A stretch of DNA of 64,000 nt, taken from the NCBI RefSeq assembly GCF_003918875.1, contig NW_025766103.1, positions 868,001-932,000 on the forward strand, written 5' to 3'. The notes below the pieces were generated by a model. It was not told the DNA's origin. It saw only the letters and a program-made list of their open reading frames with translations, and did no database searches. The translations under genes and the position numbers were made by a program. Below, piece after piece: positions 39,208 to 54,339 of this stretch; position 1 is the stretch's first letter; each line of letters opens with the position of its first letter. Origin of the DNA: Haliotis rubra (Eukaryota).

Positions 39208-40437
39208 TTATTTTTGACCAATTATGATATATAACGTTGATGCAAGAGAACCACTAGTCTTTCAATTAATTCAGATTTATTTGGCCAAAACAATGGAGGT
39301 AATTATATGAATCTCCAAACAACAGAGAAGACAGCAGGTGCTATCGAAAATGGTATTAAGCAGGTCCTGTCCTGTTGGTACCAATCGTCGCACACAAAAT
39401 GTCCACGTTTGTTGGTTTGTTGCCTGGTACTGCCATGGGTTAACAAAACCAAACAAACTTGAGTTTTAAAGAATTATCTTACTTGCAGATGTTGCTCTGA
39501 CTGAAGAGAACCGTCATTAATGTACCACTCTTTTCAAAAGCCGTTAATTTTCACGAAGGGACATTCTGATATAGTTTTAATGACAAACATAGTGCTTACC
39601 TCAGAGATCATCAGAGCAGGCTGTGCTAAATTATTGGTCCAGACAGATTGCTACTTTCAACTGTGGGGTAAAGAGGTAAATATAACGGCAGGTCATCCTG
39701 ATGTCATCATTAACCCGTAACGAATGGATGACATGCGTGTGTGAGTGTGTTTGATAATACATTTGCAATGTCAGGAACATACAATCATGTAACGACTGAC
39801 GACGGCAGCTACAGCTACGGCTTGACATGATCGCAACCACCTGGTGTCATTATAATAATTACGTGACAATGTACGGTACAATGATTTGTGTCAGTAATGA
39901 TGGGAATCTGGTTCCGCTTCTGTTTGGATTCATGTTCACATCACGTTAATCGATTATAAAATGCTCGTTCGTTAAGATTTGAGAGCTCGGTCAAATGTCT
40001 CTTTCGTGAGACGATTATGACAAGAATATATACCGAGGTACCAGAATCAATTGTTGAGCTTCGAAGTGACAAAAAAAACAAAACGCCATCATTGACAGTA
40101 TCAGAAAGCAGTAACCCCATGTCTTTGTAATTCAGAAAAATATTGTGGCTCAAGATCTTGATCACAATCTTTTGGGGCAAGAACTGGTCAGTATTGTAGA
40201 CCATGTGTGTGAAGGGTTTACTCGGCGATGAAAATACACTTATCCTTTCTTGAAGGTTACAGTTTCAATTTGCCAAACCGAAATGTTTTGTTAGAGTGAT
40301 TTTCAGGAGTTTACCATTAAAGGGGGTATTTTTTCCTAATTCATCCAATTCGTTCTGAAAACGACACGAACAGGCCATGTCCTGGAACTACAAGTTTGTT
40401 AAGATGATATGTGACAACCACCAGATCCTTTTTACCT

Positions 40438-40660
40438 GTGAAGTCCGGGTCTTCATTAACCCATGCTTGTCGTAAGAGGCGACTAACGGGATCGGGTGGT
40501 CAGGTTCGCTGACTTGGTTGACACGCCCAAATTGCGTAGATCGATGCTTATGCCGTTGATCACAGGATTGTCTGGTCCAGATTCGATCATCTACAGACCG
40601 TTGCCATATAGCTGGAATATTGCTGAGTGCGGCGTTAAACAACAAACCAATCAACCATCT
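40438..40660 (+). mobile_element. Meta-domain-like SINE (5'-truncated)
   Basis: cccatgcttgtcgtaagaggcgactaacgggatcgggtggtcagg...ggattgtctggtccaga...gctggaatattgctgagtgcggcgttaaac; 3' end shared with the other SINEs. Confidence 0.75.
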
Positions 40661-41814
40661 AGCAGCCCTGCCTTGAATGAAAGGAAAGATTCCTTTGCAC
40701 ATGAACACCCATCGCGTGTTGCCACAGACTATTTAGCCGCCCTTCAACCAAGCTTCATCCCCGACACTACTCACACCAGTTAAGCTCATTTCCATCTCAC
40801 CTCGCGCTGGTCACGGTTGACAGGAGAACATGTCTGGAAATGATGAGCCGGATATTTCTCACTCTTCTAATATCAAAATTCAAACAAGCCGCTGATGTGA
40901 ATAATGAGCGCTGGGATATCCTTCAGCCATGAAATGCAGGTTGTGTGTTTATCAGTTGTTTAGCAGGCAATATTTTGACGGGTTCATTATACTCATACCT
41001 CAGAGATAATATTTTAAGGGTTAACACATATGATTAACACAAATTCTAAATTGATTTTTTAATATTGCAATGCTTTGACCGCAAATTGTAGCATATCGTC
41101 GTAGTTAGGATACATGTTCAGTATTGGCATTACGTATAATGTTGGTCGAGTCACACCGAAACACGTTAAACGTCAGCTGAGTTTGCTAAGCAAAACGGCG
41201 CTCAGCATTAAGGGGAAAAGACAAGGAATGGTCGGCTCTAACACTATGTGAGTGGGATTTCTTGTTGAACTCCAGCATGGTATGCCGGCGAAGAGAAGAG
41301 TTACAAAACCGGTATTAGTCATAAATATTCAACCCCAATCCCACCCCCCACCCCCAACTAACAAACAAACAAATCTCACCCACCCACACCCATGCACACA
41401 AATACTCACACCCACCCGCTCCCGCCTTCCACATCTTTACGCACGTACGTACACACACACGCGCACGCAGGTACACGCCCCCACGCACACCCCACCCACA
41501 CATCCATCAATCGCTATGTGACTCTCTGGAGTTTATCCAGATAATGTAATCGCGTCCACTTTGGAGAAGTTTATACTCATCTGACACACGCACAACTCCA
41601 CATGGGTGAGCTCATGGTATGGCAATGCCAGCATTTATCATGAACATTAATTGAGATGCGCACATACTCACGCTTCTCAACTGTTTCAGGAATGTCCAAA
41701 CATGCCCGAAGAAGGGCTGTGAACTGTTGCAGGGGCAGGGAAAGAAGCAAAGATTTGACGATTTCTGACGGCGACATGTGACAGCTTCATACATACATGG
41801 CTACGTACGGTAGT

Positions 41815-41990
41815 TTGTTGTTTGAGCAATTTTCAAATGATTGACGCAGGCCTTTCAATAATGGAGTCTAGACCAAACGATCAGATGCCTGACATTATGA
41901 TCACGCCGACGGGAATGATGAGACTCAATCAACCAAGGTATCCAGCCTGACATCCTGATCGATGAAGTCGCCTCTTACGAGACGTATACC
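41815..41990 (-). mobile_element. Degenerate Meta-domain-like SINE
   Basis: agtcgcctcttacga and gagtctagacca match revcomp of the 40438 copy. Confidence 0.6.
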
Positions 41991-42169
41991 TGAAAATTGA
42001 CGCATTATATTCTAATACAGAATCACCACAGAGCTATGAGCATAAGACATATTAACTTACAATGCAGATTTCACAGAAGTTATTATTTCGAACAACTCCG
42101 TAGTAGAATTAATGAGTGAGTGAGTTAAGATTTATAGTCACAGCGGCAGTATTCAGCCACATCGTGATT

Positions 42170-42244
42170 ATTATTAGTATTAGTATTAATAGCAGCTATT
42201 ATTATCATTAGTAGTAGTAGTGGTGATGGTAGAAGTATTGGTGA

Positions 42245-42328
<84 letters not shown>

Positions 42329-42368
42329 AAGCAACAGCAGCGGCGCGGTGGTGGTGGTGGCGGTGATG

Positions 42369-42414
<46 letters not shown>

Positions 42415-42487
42415 AAGCAACGGTAGCGGGGCGGTGGTGGTAGTAGTAATAGTAGTAGTAGTAGTAGTATTAGAAGTAGTAGTAGTA
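42170..42487. repeat. Compound (TAG)n/(GGT)n microsatellite
   Basis: Long GTA runs; source of the poly-L/Y/T ORFs. Confidence 0.98.
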
Positions 42488-45400
42488 CGCGTCCGATGTA
42501 TACTAAAGTCTTCATCTTATTCATAATGCTGAAAGTGACAAGATTAACACGAGATTGACGCGCACAGCAACAACCCACTGCCCTAGCTTCAGGTTGTTAT
42601 TCGATAGATCATGCCCACTGCGGATCGATCTCAAGAGTTCTATTGAGCCAGTCCAAAGGGGGTGTTTAGTTGTGACCTAATGGACATAAAATAACATTTA
42701 TCACTTTGTTGACGTTAGCTATACTGTCATTTATCGCAATGGGAAATTCCGCCAGAATGAGTTACATGTTATTCACTCGATTTCAATCCTTAAGAAGTGT
42801 TCTATAAGGCAAATGTCTCACCGCTGGTGCTAACAGCTGTGACAGACATGATCACAAAATATGAAGCTATCTCAATTTGGCTTGACTGATTCGAATCCAT
42901 AAGTCTAGGATTATTCGATGTATAAAACACTCGGGAGAAAGGTGGAGATTAAAATCAGAAAGAAGTAATCCATCAATTTATCATAATCCGGTTCTGTTAA
43001 GGACAATGTACCAGTTTGACTTCCAGAACGTGTATTTAAACTTTCCCTGCCATGGCTTTCATTTCATATTGTTAACTTAGAGTTCGTTTGCAAGGTCGGT
43101 ATTCTCGTTCTCGACGTGACACGTTGTCCATCTGAAGAAGTACATTAAGTACTTCAAGGTGCCGACCATTCAAATATACCTACGAACGGCTTACTCACCT
43201 AACAGCGTTCCGCAGAACAAGATTTGATTGAGTGCATTGATTTTCTGGCGTTATCTCTAATCAGATAAAGCAGCATTGAATCTGTATCTCTAATCTGAAG
43301 TCATAAAAGACAACACAATTACAATTTGTTCAGGACTTACAAGCATTCCTATCAAGATCAGAGCAATTGCCATTAACGAAGATTAGAATGAGGCCCGAAT
43401 CTCGATATCAGATACGATAGGAGATGCTGAACCGGATACCTCTCTTGACTCTTTCATGAAAATCCAAATGGACAACAGCGATGAAAGTGACATTCCTCGT
43501 CAGAATCAGTGCATATCTAGTCTTCAACTCTTGTAAAATATCCAGATATATTAAACACTTTATTTATAATCGTACTTTTAATAATTTGGACAAAGACGGC
43601 TGAAATGTCTCCACGGTATATATTTCCAGTATAATTATATTTAAACAGCTGATGGTTTCAAAGCTTGCACCTGATTCTCATCTAAGAATACTAATCGACA
43701 ACAAAAGATTCAATATAGTACAAATCTTTCAGAAACCATCAATATGTTAAAACATGTCTGTAACGTTTCGAAAACTATGCAGGGTTGTGTCCTGTGGGCA
43801 CGTCAGGATCCGCTGATCGTGGATTCGAATCCCAGGTAGCCCCGGTTGTTTCTGGACTTCACACGGGGTAATAATGTGCTGTGCCTTGATTGTTAGCGCT
43901 ATGAGTATACCTAGTGTGGAGTTTGGCGCTATATAAATGGACACTTTATTATTACAGTGATATAACTGGCATTCTGGTAAAAGGAATGTTAAAATACTAA
44001 GTACAGATAATTGTTTTTGTAAAATGTCTGTGACTTTTGAACACCCATAACCTATATCTCTAAAAGCAAGTATGCGTTTCATTCCAAACGCTTGTTTAAT
44101 AAAGGATCGCTGGCTTGTTTTCAGTGAACAATTACTGGCATCGTAATATTCTATGACAGCATCTCGCATGACCGAGCGCAACTAATACACGGTTTGAGAT
44201 GTATCAGTATTTGTTGCGCCATGAATTACAGCTCCGTATAAACGACAAATCACAAACACAAGCAAATGTGTATCTCCTCCTGGATAGGCTTTAAACTGAA
44301 TCTATTGACCACTGCCTCTTTTGTTCTCTCACAAATACATTCTGCTCTTTATGCCGTAACGCATCGGGCGTGATAATGTTTTCAGACGAGCCCCTAAAGT
44401 ACCACTAATTCTTTCGGTCAAGACACCAACAGCTTTCGCCTTTGATACGCCCACACAGCCACGTTGCCTTCAGTGCCGCAGGGGGCTAAAAGAAAGGTTT
44501 GGTTTAAGTGCTCATTAAGCGCTCCATGTATATACATGAAGGTACCATAGAGAGCATACTTGTTGCCTGAGCATCTCACTAACATGAAATGTCATTATTT
44601 GAAACTATCAAGTTGAAGTGGCGACAATAGTGTTGTAATACGTGTACACTGAGTATACAGGAATGTATGAGTTAACAAACACATGCAGACACGTACGGTT
44701 TTAGGCAAACTGTGTCGGGAGCAGGTGCTACCGGTTGGGCAGAGTAACTATGCTTAACCTTTTCGCAAACAGAACATCACTAACTGAAATATTTTCACCG
44801 CTATTGTGTCAACTGAACCTGTTTCGTCAGGTAATCCAGATAGGTTATTCTGTGGCATTAGTGGATCATACATTATCAACATTCTCATAACATCTGTCAT
44901 AAAGAGACACTGGTGGTTGTATTGATACCAATATATCGCCAATCGTCGATAATTTTCTGAGGAGACTAAAATGAATATTCCCTGTCACTATGCGTGTTCC
45001 AGCTTTTTGTTGTCCTGGGTAAGGATTTGTATTAGCTTTACATAAATTGAGAATTCTAAGAATCACTCCTTAAGCATGTCAAAATGTTTTTTCATGTATA
45101 CATTTGCAACTAAACATTCTACAAGATAACACAGTGACGAAGTACTAGAACGTCAAGACAGGGCAACATGATCCAAAACGTCAAGGCCATGTCTGTCTAT
45201 CAATGGTTATAAATTGGTTGGGTCTTCCCCCATTACATATGTTTCCACAGATCATATCTGTGTTTGATCCACCCTTTTTAAAAACAACCCCAAAACCTGA
45301 TTGATTAAGACGATAGGTACTTGTGGGGTTTCAAAATAGCTTCAGTGATGTTCAGCTAGTGTGTATATAGTGTGTATACTGAATATAAGTTGTCTTATTC

Positions 45401-48400
45401 GGAAAGCCTAGAATTGTTCTTTACCTTAATGTTGATAGACTACATTCAACATGACCACTTTCCCTGGTATTCATTTGTCATGGAGCAGCTCAGGTGCATT
45501 AGGCAAAGGTTTCCTCACTTAAAGCAAGAAACTTCCATCCAGGGCAAATACTTATTGCTCATACAGTAAAATTTAAGACGACACTACACATAATGAAGAA
45601 ATGTATATATTCTCAAATATAACGTTACTTTTTAAATAATAATGTGCCATAATATCATGTATGTGTGAGCATGTATCAACTCGATATCTGTCCATCGATA
45701 TTTGTTCTCCATTACAAAACGTAGTTGAATATCCCGAGGGTACACCAGATACAATACGTAAGAACAAAAACACACAGCACTTGAAATGTGTGATAAGTGT
45801 CCGCAATGTTGATGTGAAGCAGACACGTTATGCTTGAAATATGGCAACTTTCGACACAGATTCTTGTGGATCTGTTCCGGTTACTATTCAAGTCGCACAT
45901 GTTTATGATGTAGTGTGAATACTACAATAAAGAAGGTTCTGCGTAAATGATATTCTGGGAAATTCTTTACTTATGTTAAGTAATTCGACAAAGACAAATT
46001 AATATCATTTTCCTTTGTATTTTAGAGTTGGAATCGTATGGGAATGACTAAAGTGATACATATATGCCAGCGTATACCTTACAGATCCGTAAACGTCTTT
46101 AATCTCTGTCAAGTCAAAGTGGTTGTAAGTACCTATTAAAAATGTCTTTGGCAATTTAGACAGGATGGACGTTTGATTGAAGTTCGTGAGTCAGGATCTA
46201 TGTTCAATCGCAACCAAACAAGATACGGTAGTGGACTAATCCGCTCAATCCCTCGCATACTAACCTTGTTATTGTATCCTAATGAGTTTAAAAGGTTTGT
46301 TTGTGAGGACAGCCATATTCCACACCACTCTTTACATCATTAGGCACGAAGCCTTTTGGTTTCTTAGTTGGTATTATGGTCAGTTATTAGTGTACGTTGC
46401 AAAAGAACAACATGTACATATTCTGAGATACAAGGTGTGTAGTACTTCAAAGAGATGGTACTGGCAATGACAAGGCACTTGGTGCTAATCTCCTCTTCGT
46501 GTTATAATGCATTTAACTGGTTTATTGGAATGCACTTCCAATCCCATCCGCTTGCCAATGTACAGTGTCACAGCCTGGTGCGCTAAACCTGACTAATGTC
46601 ATCTACATGTGTCTCTGTAATTTTCTCAGGTTCCATGTTCCAAATTGTTTAATATCTGTCCACAATCCGAAATATCCATGTTAACTGAAATATCAAGGTG
46701 TTAAAGCGTGAAGTAAGGAAGTCAGCTAATGTTCTTTAGACAGGTTGTTCCTGAAGTGGTGGACAATTTGACCATTTTACGCTGGAAATGAATTTCAGAT
46801 CGACTTTACATTCAGTGCAATCGACCGAGATGGACTCTAATATTTCTAATAAGTCCATTTGCTGCGGTGTTATTGACGGATGACGCCCCGCCGCCGGGTT
46901 TAACATGAGACAACAGGTACATTGTTACATCCATTAGAATATAACAGAACTGCATAAACCAAACCAAATTTACAAGACAATAAACCTTTTTTGTTTTGCA
47001 CTTTTTAGCATAAAACGTATCATGTAGTTGATAGCCCACGATATCACAGATATTACAGACATCACACGAAACAAATGTCTTTTTCATTACATCGATTCAT
47101 ATTTTGCACATTTACAGAGAGATATATTTCCACAATAAACACATCATGGCTGTTGTCCTTGTAATATGATGTACCTGGTGCCAACTGACATCATTATACA
47201 TTATTGGACTCATTTCACATGGTGTAAGTACTGGTGTAATTACGTTTGTCTCGAAACCCCGCCTACTGGCTAGCACTCATTGTACCTGACCGTCAGCTGG
47301 CTTTGTCTACCGCTCAGTGCCATACTGTGATGACCTCGAAGTTTCAAAACGTATACATTGTACAGAAAACATTCCGATTTCTTCATTCAGAGTAACCACA
47401 TTGTATAGCATTCTACTTGAGTTGATCGTTTTTCCAACTGTCTCTTCTCTTGGTACATATGGGTCCGCTTGATCAACACAGCTATTGCTGAATGGTCACC
47501 AGATACACAGTTGTCAATGAACTTAACCACAACGATGTGCCTGGACATCGTATCAGTCAGACAATGAAACAAAATCAGGCGGTTGACAACATTCTACACT
47601 GGACTAAGCACAACATGGGTCAAGACTGTGGTATTGATTCCTAGTGGAAATATTACAAGAAAACGAACTTAACTTGAACTCCACACCATCCATGTATTTA
47701 TACATGGACATTATGCGATGGTTGACATTATTCAGTTTCAGCAAGCCTTTACCTGTTTCATCCCTCATAGAAATTATATACATGGCTGTTGAAAATAAAG
47801 GTCACTAGCATCTATTGTCCCCAGGCTAAGAAAAGCAGTGCGTGGCTGCAACTATGGCAAGCAGAGCAGACAACTCATAATACATTCAGTATGTCAACCT
47901 TTCTTGATTTGAAGACATTTGGAACCCATTGCATGGCATTACATCTATATAGTCTCTGTCACCATCCTGAAACGAAATCATTACGCCAAGTTAACATTAA
48001 ACGTACATAGAATATATTGTACATAAAGGCATTTTGGGATAGCTTCTCGGGGATGTTTCCCGTCGACAGTCACATATACACACATGTATCATCTTTCCAG
48101 ATGAATACAGACATACATGCACACAAAAGATAACTGTCACATTTTCATTTCTTCTCACAGCTGACATCCACAAACAACATTAGTCAACGCGTATCAGCGA
48201 TTCTTAATTTAGTGTTCACGTTCACGATCGTCAACTTGTATCGTTTTTATTTGTGATCTTCTTTTTGTTATTGGGATTCTCTGAGAGAAAATACAATATA
48301 ACTGTAATTGCCACACTGTTGTTGCAATATTGGCACATGTTCTTCCCACAAATGGACCAAATTCTGTTTAAAAGAATTCAAACTTGAGACGAGAAAATTA

Positions 48401-48789
48401 AGTCATCACATATATCATTCCAAACACGAATTCAAATCGGCCTTGATGCACACGACGGCGTTATAAAACAGATCATGACTGGTTAAACGAACCAGTGTCC
48501 ATGTGCTCTACTCGTGGCTGTCCATCCACACAAGCTTAAGACACGTTGTTCGAAGACTATACATGTCGATGGTTGATGCGCTTAACTGTCGATGGATGTC
48601 ACAACTCACATGCTACATGCAGTCTACCCAGCAATTGTCTTTGATTAATTGATAAGATCGAGACTATGCTGTAATATTTAGGTGTTATATATATTATAAT
48701 CCTTTACTATAGCGCCGAGTTCAAGCTCGGCTGCTCACAGGCGTTTTGTTTTTCCCTCGATCATAGGATTTCAACCTCAACGGCACTTC

Positions 48790-49185
48790 GTATTATCAAT
48801 GTCAACTCCCGGGGGATCATACAACACTTGCAGCCAATAGGCGCACCGAGTTAATGCGGCTTTCCCATCCTTACGAGGTACCCATTCACAGCTGGGTTGA
48901 CTGGGACATATAGTCACAATACTTTGTTCAAGTTTACTGCACGTTGCTGTACACGCAACTAGGTGTTTGCACGTATTGCACCATCTGGTCATTTACCAAC
49001 GGATTCGTGGGTTCTTTTAAGTGCACAGGGTTGTGTAGTGTACACTAGGGGTTGTGACAACACTGAAAGAGTCTGCATACAAATTTGACTCCAAGGTTTT
49101 TACACCCAGTCACAGATAGGCTCGATCCCGGCACCTCAAGCTCGCTGGATTACTTAGACCTTAGACAGCTCGCCCACCACGCCCC
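48790..49185 (-). mobile_element. tRNA-headed SINE with CORE- and Nin/Deu-like blocks
   Basis: ggtacccattcacagctgggttgactgg (CORE-like), gggttcttttaagtgcacaggg (Nin/Deu-like), B-box-like at ~49120. Confidence 0.55.
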
Positions 49186-51881
49186 ACACCGTGACCAATT
49201 TATCATTTACTATTCTGTCACATCATGGCAGTAGTTTCATTGTTCGAAGGACACCAGGAGAAGGTGAAATATATATTTCTATTATGATTAATCATCATAT
49301 TAGATTTGGCTAAGTTGTTATTGCAACCTTGTTTATGTGACGGAATATACTGTCATTACTACTCTGAAGGAAGTGGTTTTCATCAATGCAGACATACTTG
49401 ATATTTATTATTGAGAAATCGAAGACGACCTAGGTGTAATTACTTTTAGAAAATAGATGACAAAGATATACATAGCAATAAGTGTGTTTTGATGGATGTC
49501 AATGATTTTCCAAACAAGGTATTGATATATCACCTTGGGCTTCGGTTGCAAAGTGGAAACTCCAGGCAAGTCCGAGATAACACACAAATCAGAAAATCAG
49601 CTGTTCATGCTCTATGCCCATGGCTCTAAGTAGCGCAAATAATGGTTTGGATGTTCATACCGTGTTCTTATTAAGGCACACATTATAAAAGCTTGGATGT
49701 TTGCTGAATACGGCAACGCTATTGCACTTACTACACATATATGTATAATCCACGCAGTATTACGGTAATCTGGGTCGTGAAAAACAGGTGCCGGAAGCAT
49801 TCACAACCCTCAACACTAAAGTGGCCAAGTCAAAGAACATGACATCTGAATGAATAGTTTAGTTTGTGTCTTTACGAGTCTTTAGCATGCATGTGTAGTA
49901 ATAGAAATGGTATTGTGGATATACATGGAGACGGGAATAGTTAAAAATAGATGTGAAGTTAGATTTTGATAAAGTTTGCAATTTCTTACGATCTATTTTA
50001 ACCTTATGGAGGAAGAAATCGGATATAAAAACATCTCAGTTAATACCCACGGCTGCTGTTGTTAAATGATATCCGGCTTCTGCTGAAGATATATCCGGGC
50101 ATCAGGGCTTGTGAAATTGTATTTGTATAGCTTCTTACAACCTGCCAAGAAAACAGGTCCTTCAAATGGAATGTCATATCTCTTCAGGAAATGATGCTTA
50201 AACTTTTAAATTATACCCAAATCGCCTCAGACATTTACTGCAAACTATCACCGTGAATATCAGTAGGTTTCGGGCATCCATTTGTAAAATGCGAGTACTC
50301 ATAGTCCCCTTTAACATTACATGTATTTCTTAATTTTAATACGTGATATGTATACAAATACGACTGGGAGATATTCACATTATAATAGCAATATAAAATG
50401 CAGCATTAAGATATTTCCTTCATTTTCAAAATGAATACAAGAAGAAAAGAAAACCAATTATTGGAAAAGGTCTCGTGTAAGAACTGCATAGTATGCTTTT
50501 TTCTGTGTTCAATGTTGCTTCCATAATGCTTCACTATCTGATTTCATCTCAATGATCCCTCAGTGTGGAGACATTGAGTTACAAATCATCTTGGGGAATA
50601 TTTGAAAATATTAAAGGTGAAAGTAGAGATTATTATGTCTACCATATCACTGTATATGAAGTCTAGTGGGAATTGAGGACTTCTTCAGGGACATTTCAAC
50701 ACTGCTAGAGTTTCTACTTACAAAGTTTATAATATTCCTTGAATCTCATTCACCACATAATCCACTGTCTGGAGGCTAAGAATTTCCAAATAAATCCAAC
50801 TACGCCTGCACTTGAAGAAATGAAAGTCTCAAGTTTCAATGAATTTCGTGACCCTTTTTACAATGGTGTCTGACCAGGCTATATTGACACTATGTATGAA
50901 ACATAGATACTTGTATAATACTCTAATGATCCATTTGAACAGTATCCTGAAAGTTAAATTGTCCTTGACATGCTTGAAGTTTTACATGCTCAACATCAAA
51001 GTCAACGGAATGAGACCTGAAACCGAATTCATGCGTCCTGGCGACAGTAACAGAATTCAATGTGGAGGGACACTTGGGTATGGGAATTTGTAGAATGTGG
51101 ATTTCGATTAGAATGAGTAATAGCATGGGAAATTATTGACGTGAATTGTTACAGACGTGTTCACGTTTTACATGATTGCCATTAAAGTCAAGGAACAGTC
51201 GCCGGGACCTTCTTACAGACGTGTGTTAGGTAGAGAGATAATGCGAGGAGAATGTTGCTGATTTTCGAGAGAAGTGATTGATAATGTGGGACAATATATT
51301 ATAAGTAAAATTGTCACTCACATGCTTGACGTTTTACATGCCCAATATAAAATTCAATCATCTGTCACCGAGATCTTATTGCATACGTATGTAATGTGGA
51401 GGTATAACCCGAAAATAAGAATTTGCAGAAGGTTCTGGCTAGTCAGTGACACCGTGAAGACATGTATGTCTTAGTACATCAATACAATGGCGTGTGAACA
51501 AATGGGTCAGTCAAACAGTATTGTATATATCGGCGTGCCAGGTTATTGTAGACGAAAATTCCTGAGCGATTCAAGACGCATCAGTTGACCACCGCCACAG
51601 AACATGGTGATGACAGATTATATTTGGGTTGCAAAACGGAGAATACATTGCCTGTTTTTAACTTATCATACTACCAAACATATCACCGGGTTTAACCATG
51701 ACGACGGTGATTGTATTGTGCAAACAGATATTACCTGGAATACAGAGTGGTGTTGGTGTTACTATCATGCAGTCCATACAACCTTGACATAACTATGACA
51801 GTGTTCCTAGTTGCAGTTAAAACGCAGACGCTCTATGGCATGCAAAACACAAGTAAAGTAAGACTGGTGTTCTTATCATGA

Positions 51882-52052
51882 GGGGGCGGTGGGGTAGCCT
51901 AGTGGTTAAAGCTTAGGCTCGTCACGCCGAAGACCCGGGTTCGAATATCCACATGGGTACAATGTGTGAAGCCCATTTCTGGTGTCCCCCGCCGTGATGT
52001 TGCTGGAATATTGCTAAAAGCGGCGTAAAACCAAACTCAGTCAGTCAGTCAG
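51882..52052 (+). mobile_element. tRNA-Asp-derived SINE
   Basis: A and B boxes, (TCAG)n tail, TSD TCTTAWCATGA; empty site in A at ~9190. Confidence 0.93.
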
Positions 52053-53054
52053 TCTTAACATGAGGATAGGCGATAACGCAGAATATTCATGAAGTCGATG
52101 TTCCTTTTATGCAGCTAGATTTATTTTAGAACAGCGACAAAGACCGTGTTGTCACCTGTTTTAACCTGAAGCCAGTGCTCTACTCATACAGTCAATGACA
52201 TTTGGAAAACAAAATTGATGGCAGGGAACCATCTGCTCAGACAAAATTCACCGGAAAGCATAATATTACAACAACGATCGCTGTAAGGGGTGAGTGTCAT
52301 GAGGAGGTTTAATTTCTTTTATGTAATAATTTGACTTTGACCTTTATTACCCATATATATGCTATAAGAAGCTATATATTTTATATAAAGAACCGATGCT
52401 TTCACTCCGGTGTCTAATCACCTGGCGGAAAAAGTCGTCCTAACAGAATAGATGTGTAGAAGTAGTCGTATACCGCTGGTGATGAGTTCGCGTACAAAAC
52501 GTCACCTGTAACAACGGCGATTTACCGTTCTCATTATCCCATTGCTTTAGGTTGTTGTCAGGATATTGAAAGCAAAACAGGCTGCCTCCTCCCAACAGGT
52601 AACACGCCACGAAGCTATTGTCTCATATGTACATTCAGCTGTGGTTGACTGTGCTGGCTGCGACCAGATTATATGATGTAAATTAAATATATCACGCACT
52701 TGTTTACGTTCAACAACGTTTCGTTGATATGGCCAATACCTAAAACATTCTTTATATTGTTTGCTTGATTAAGGAGATGCACTTCACTGCGAAAGTGTGC
52801 AAACTCCACTTGTTCATCCATCCACTCATCTATTCACTTTGTCTCTTTTTGGTGATTCGGAGCACAATTAAAGCTATTGCACATGAGGAATAACCCCTTA
52901 CCTTTTATAACCTCTAATTCACTATTTCTATAATATTGAAATATGTAGAGGATATTTCATTTTTGGAATGATGTTATTTCTATGACTGTAAACAAATAAA
53001 GAAAATAACGATTCCTTTCATCGCGTGTTATGAAACATCAATTTCGTGCAGGTA

Positions 53055-53350
53055 TTTTTCAGGATGTACACGTGAACGTGGTCGGGGTGACGTGTCAAAT
53101 GTACCGTGACGCACACGTGGCGTCATTTGTGTTTTAGGATGATAACACGACAGCAAGTGTATTGGAGTCCAACAGGAGAAGATAAGCACCTTTCCATGGC
53201 CAGCACTTGTCACCGATGAAACATGTCATTGACATCCATGGATATACGTCACCGTCAACCAAAAACCACTATCAACGAACTTAGCGCCGCCCTGCAGGTA
53301 GAATGGGATGGATTGAGCCAGGCTAACACGGGGCGTTTGATTAGATGTTT
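53055..53350 (+). pseudogene. Tc1/mariner transposase remnant (same site as 24565-24830)
   Basis: FPWPAL...IRHRQPKTTINELSAALQVEWDGLSQANTGRLIR, a typical Tc1 C-terminus. Confidence 0.85.
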
Positions 53351-54339
53351 GATTAGCGAAATGGTCCTAAGTATAGAAGCAGATTTACGCAATATTAATG
53401 AGTTTATAATAACTTTCAAAGGTGATCGGACATTGAAACAACGTCTCAAACAATGCGCATGGGAATGGCAGGAATAAGAAGTATTGGGGCTGTCTTGAAA
53501 TATAAACTCTGCAATGTAATTACTTAAGTTTACATCATAAATGCAGTGTCTGTAGACATTCTTATATGATCAAAAGCATCTTATTCCCTGTACCACCAAT
53601 ATGCTTCGGAGTACACCATAGCAGTATGTGAATTGCGGCTCTGTCATCGATTTACATCGATCACTCCCCCTCTCTCTCTCCCGCTCTCTCTCTCGCACAC
53701 GTACACTCATTCATTTATTCACTCACGTTCACATACACACAGGAGGAAAATTCGCGCACACACATCCAGATATATCCATTTGAAATGCTTTATACTGTGC
53801 CCTTTCTATTATAGCGCATACACCATGTTTTGAGAACATATCATGTCGTTTAGAGAGCAAAACGATCCGGATGAATCGCTACGCATGCTGGGTCAAAGCA
53901 GGAAACAGGTAAACGCTCTTGATAGACTTGGTCGCTTCATTAGGCTTGTCTGAGATCGTCGCTTAATTCTTCCGCACAGATGAGCAGTCACTTTGTTTAA
54001 ACAGTTCATTGAGGACATCTTGGCAGTCCTGGGGTTTGGGTCGTCAGCGACACGGGGAGATAGTGCCTGTCTAGCCTCTGACGGATGAGTCCATGGAGGC
54101 TTGACTGAGATTTGAGGTAAAAGATCGAGTGGTTCACTTGTGATATAACGTAACGGAGGATGAAGATATGGACTTGCATTATTTTGCCGAATTGGCCACT
54201 GACAGTTTCTGCCTTCAGAACAACCCTTGTGATTTGAATCTAGTTACAAGGCTTTAAACTGGTAATTATCGGACTGATATGAATCATATTGTGCGTAATC
54301 TTGTATGCAGGTTAGATAACTGTGTGTTTTTCAGTTGCA

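Noticed and set aside
42125-42578. Poly-L/Y/T ORFs
   Set aside because: Translations of a (TAG)n microsatellite.
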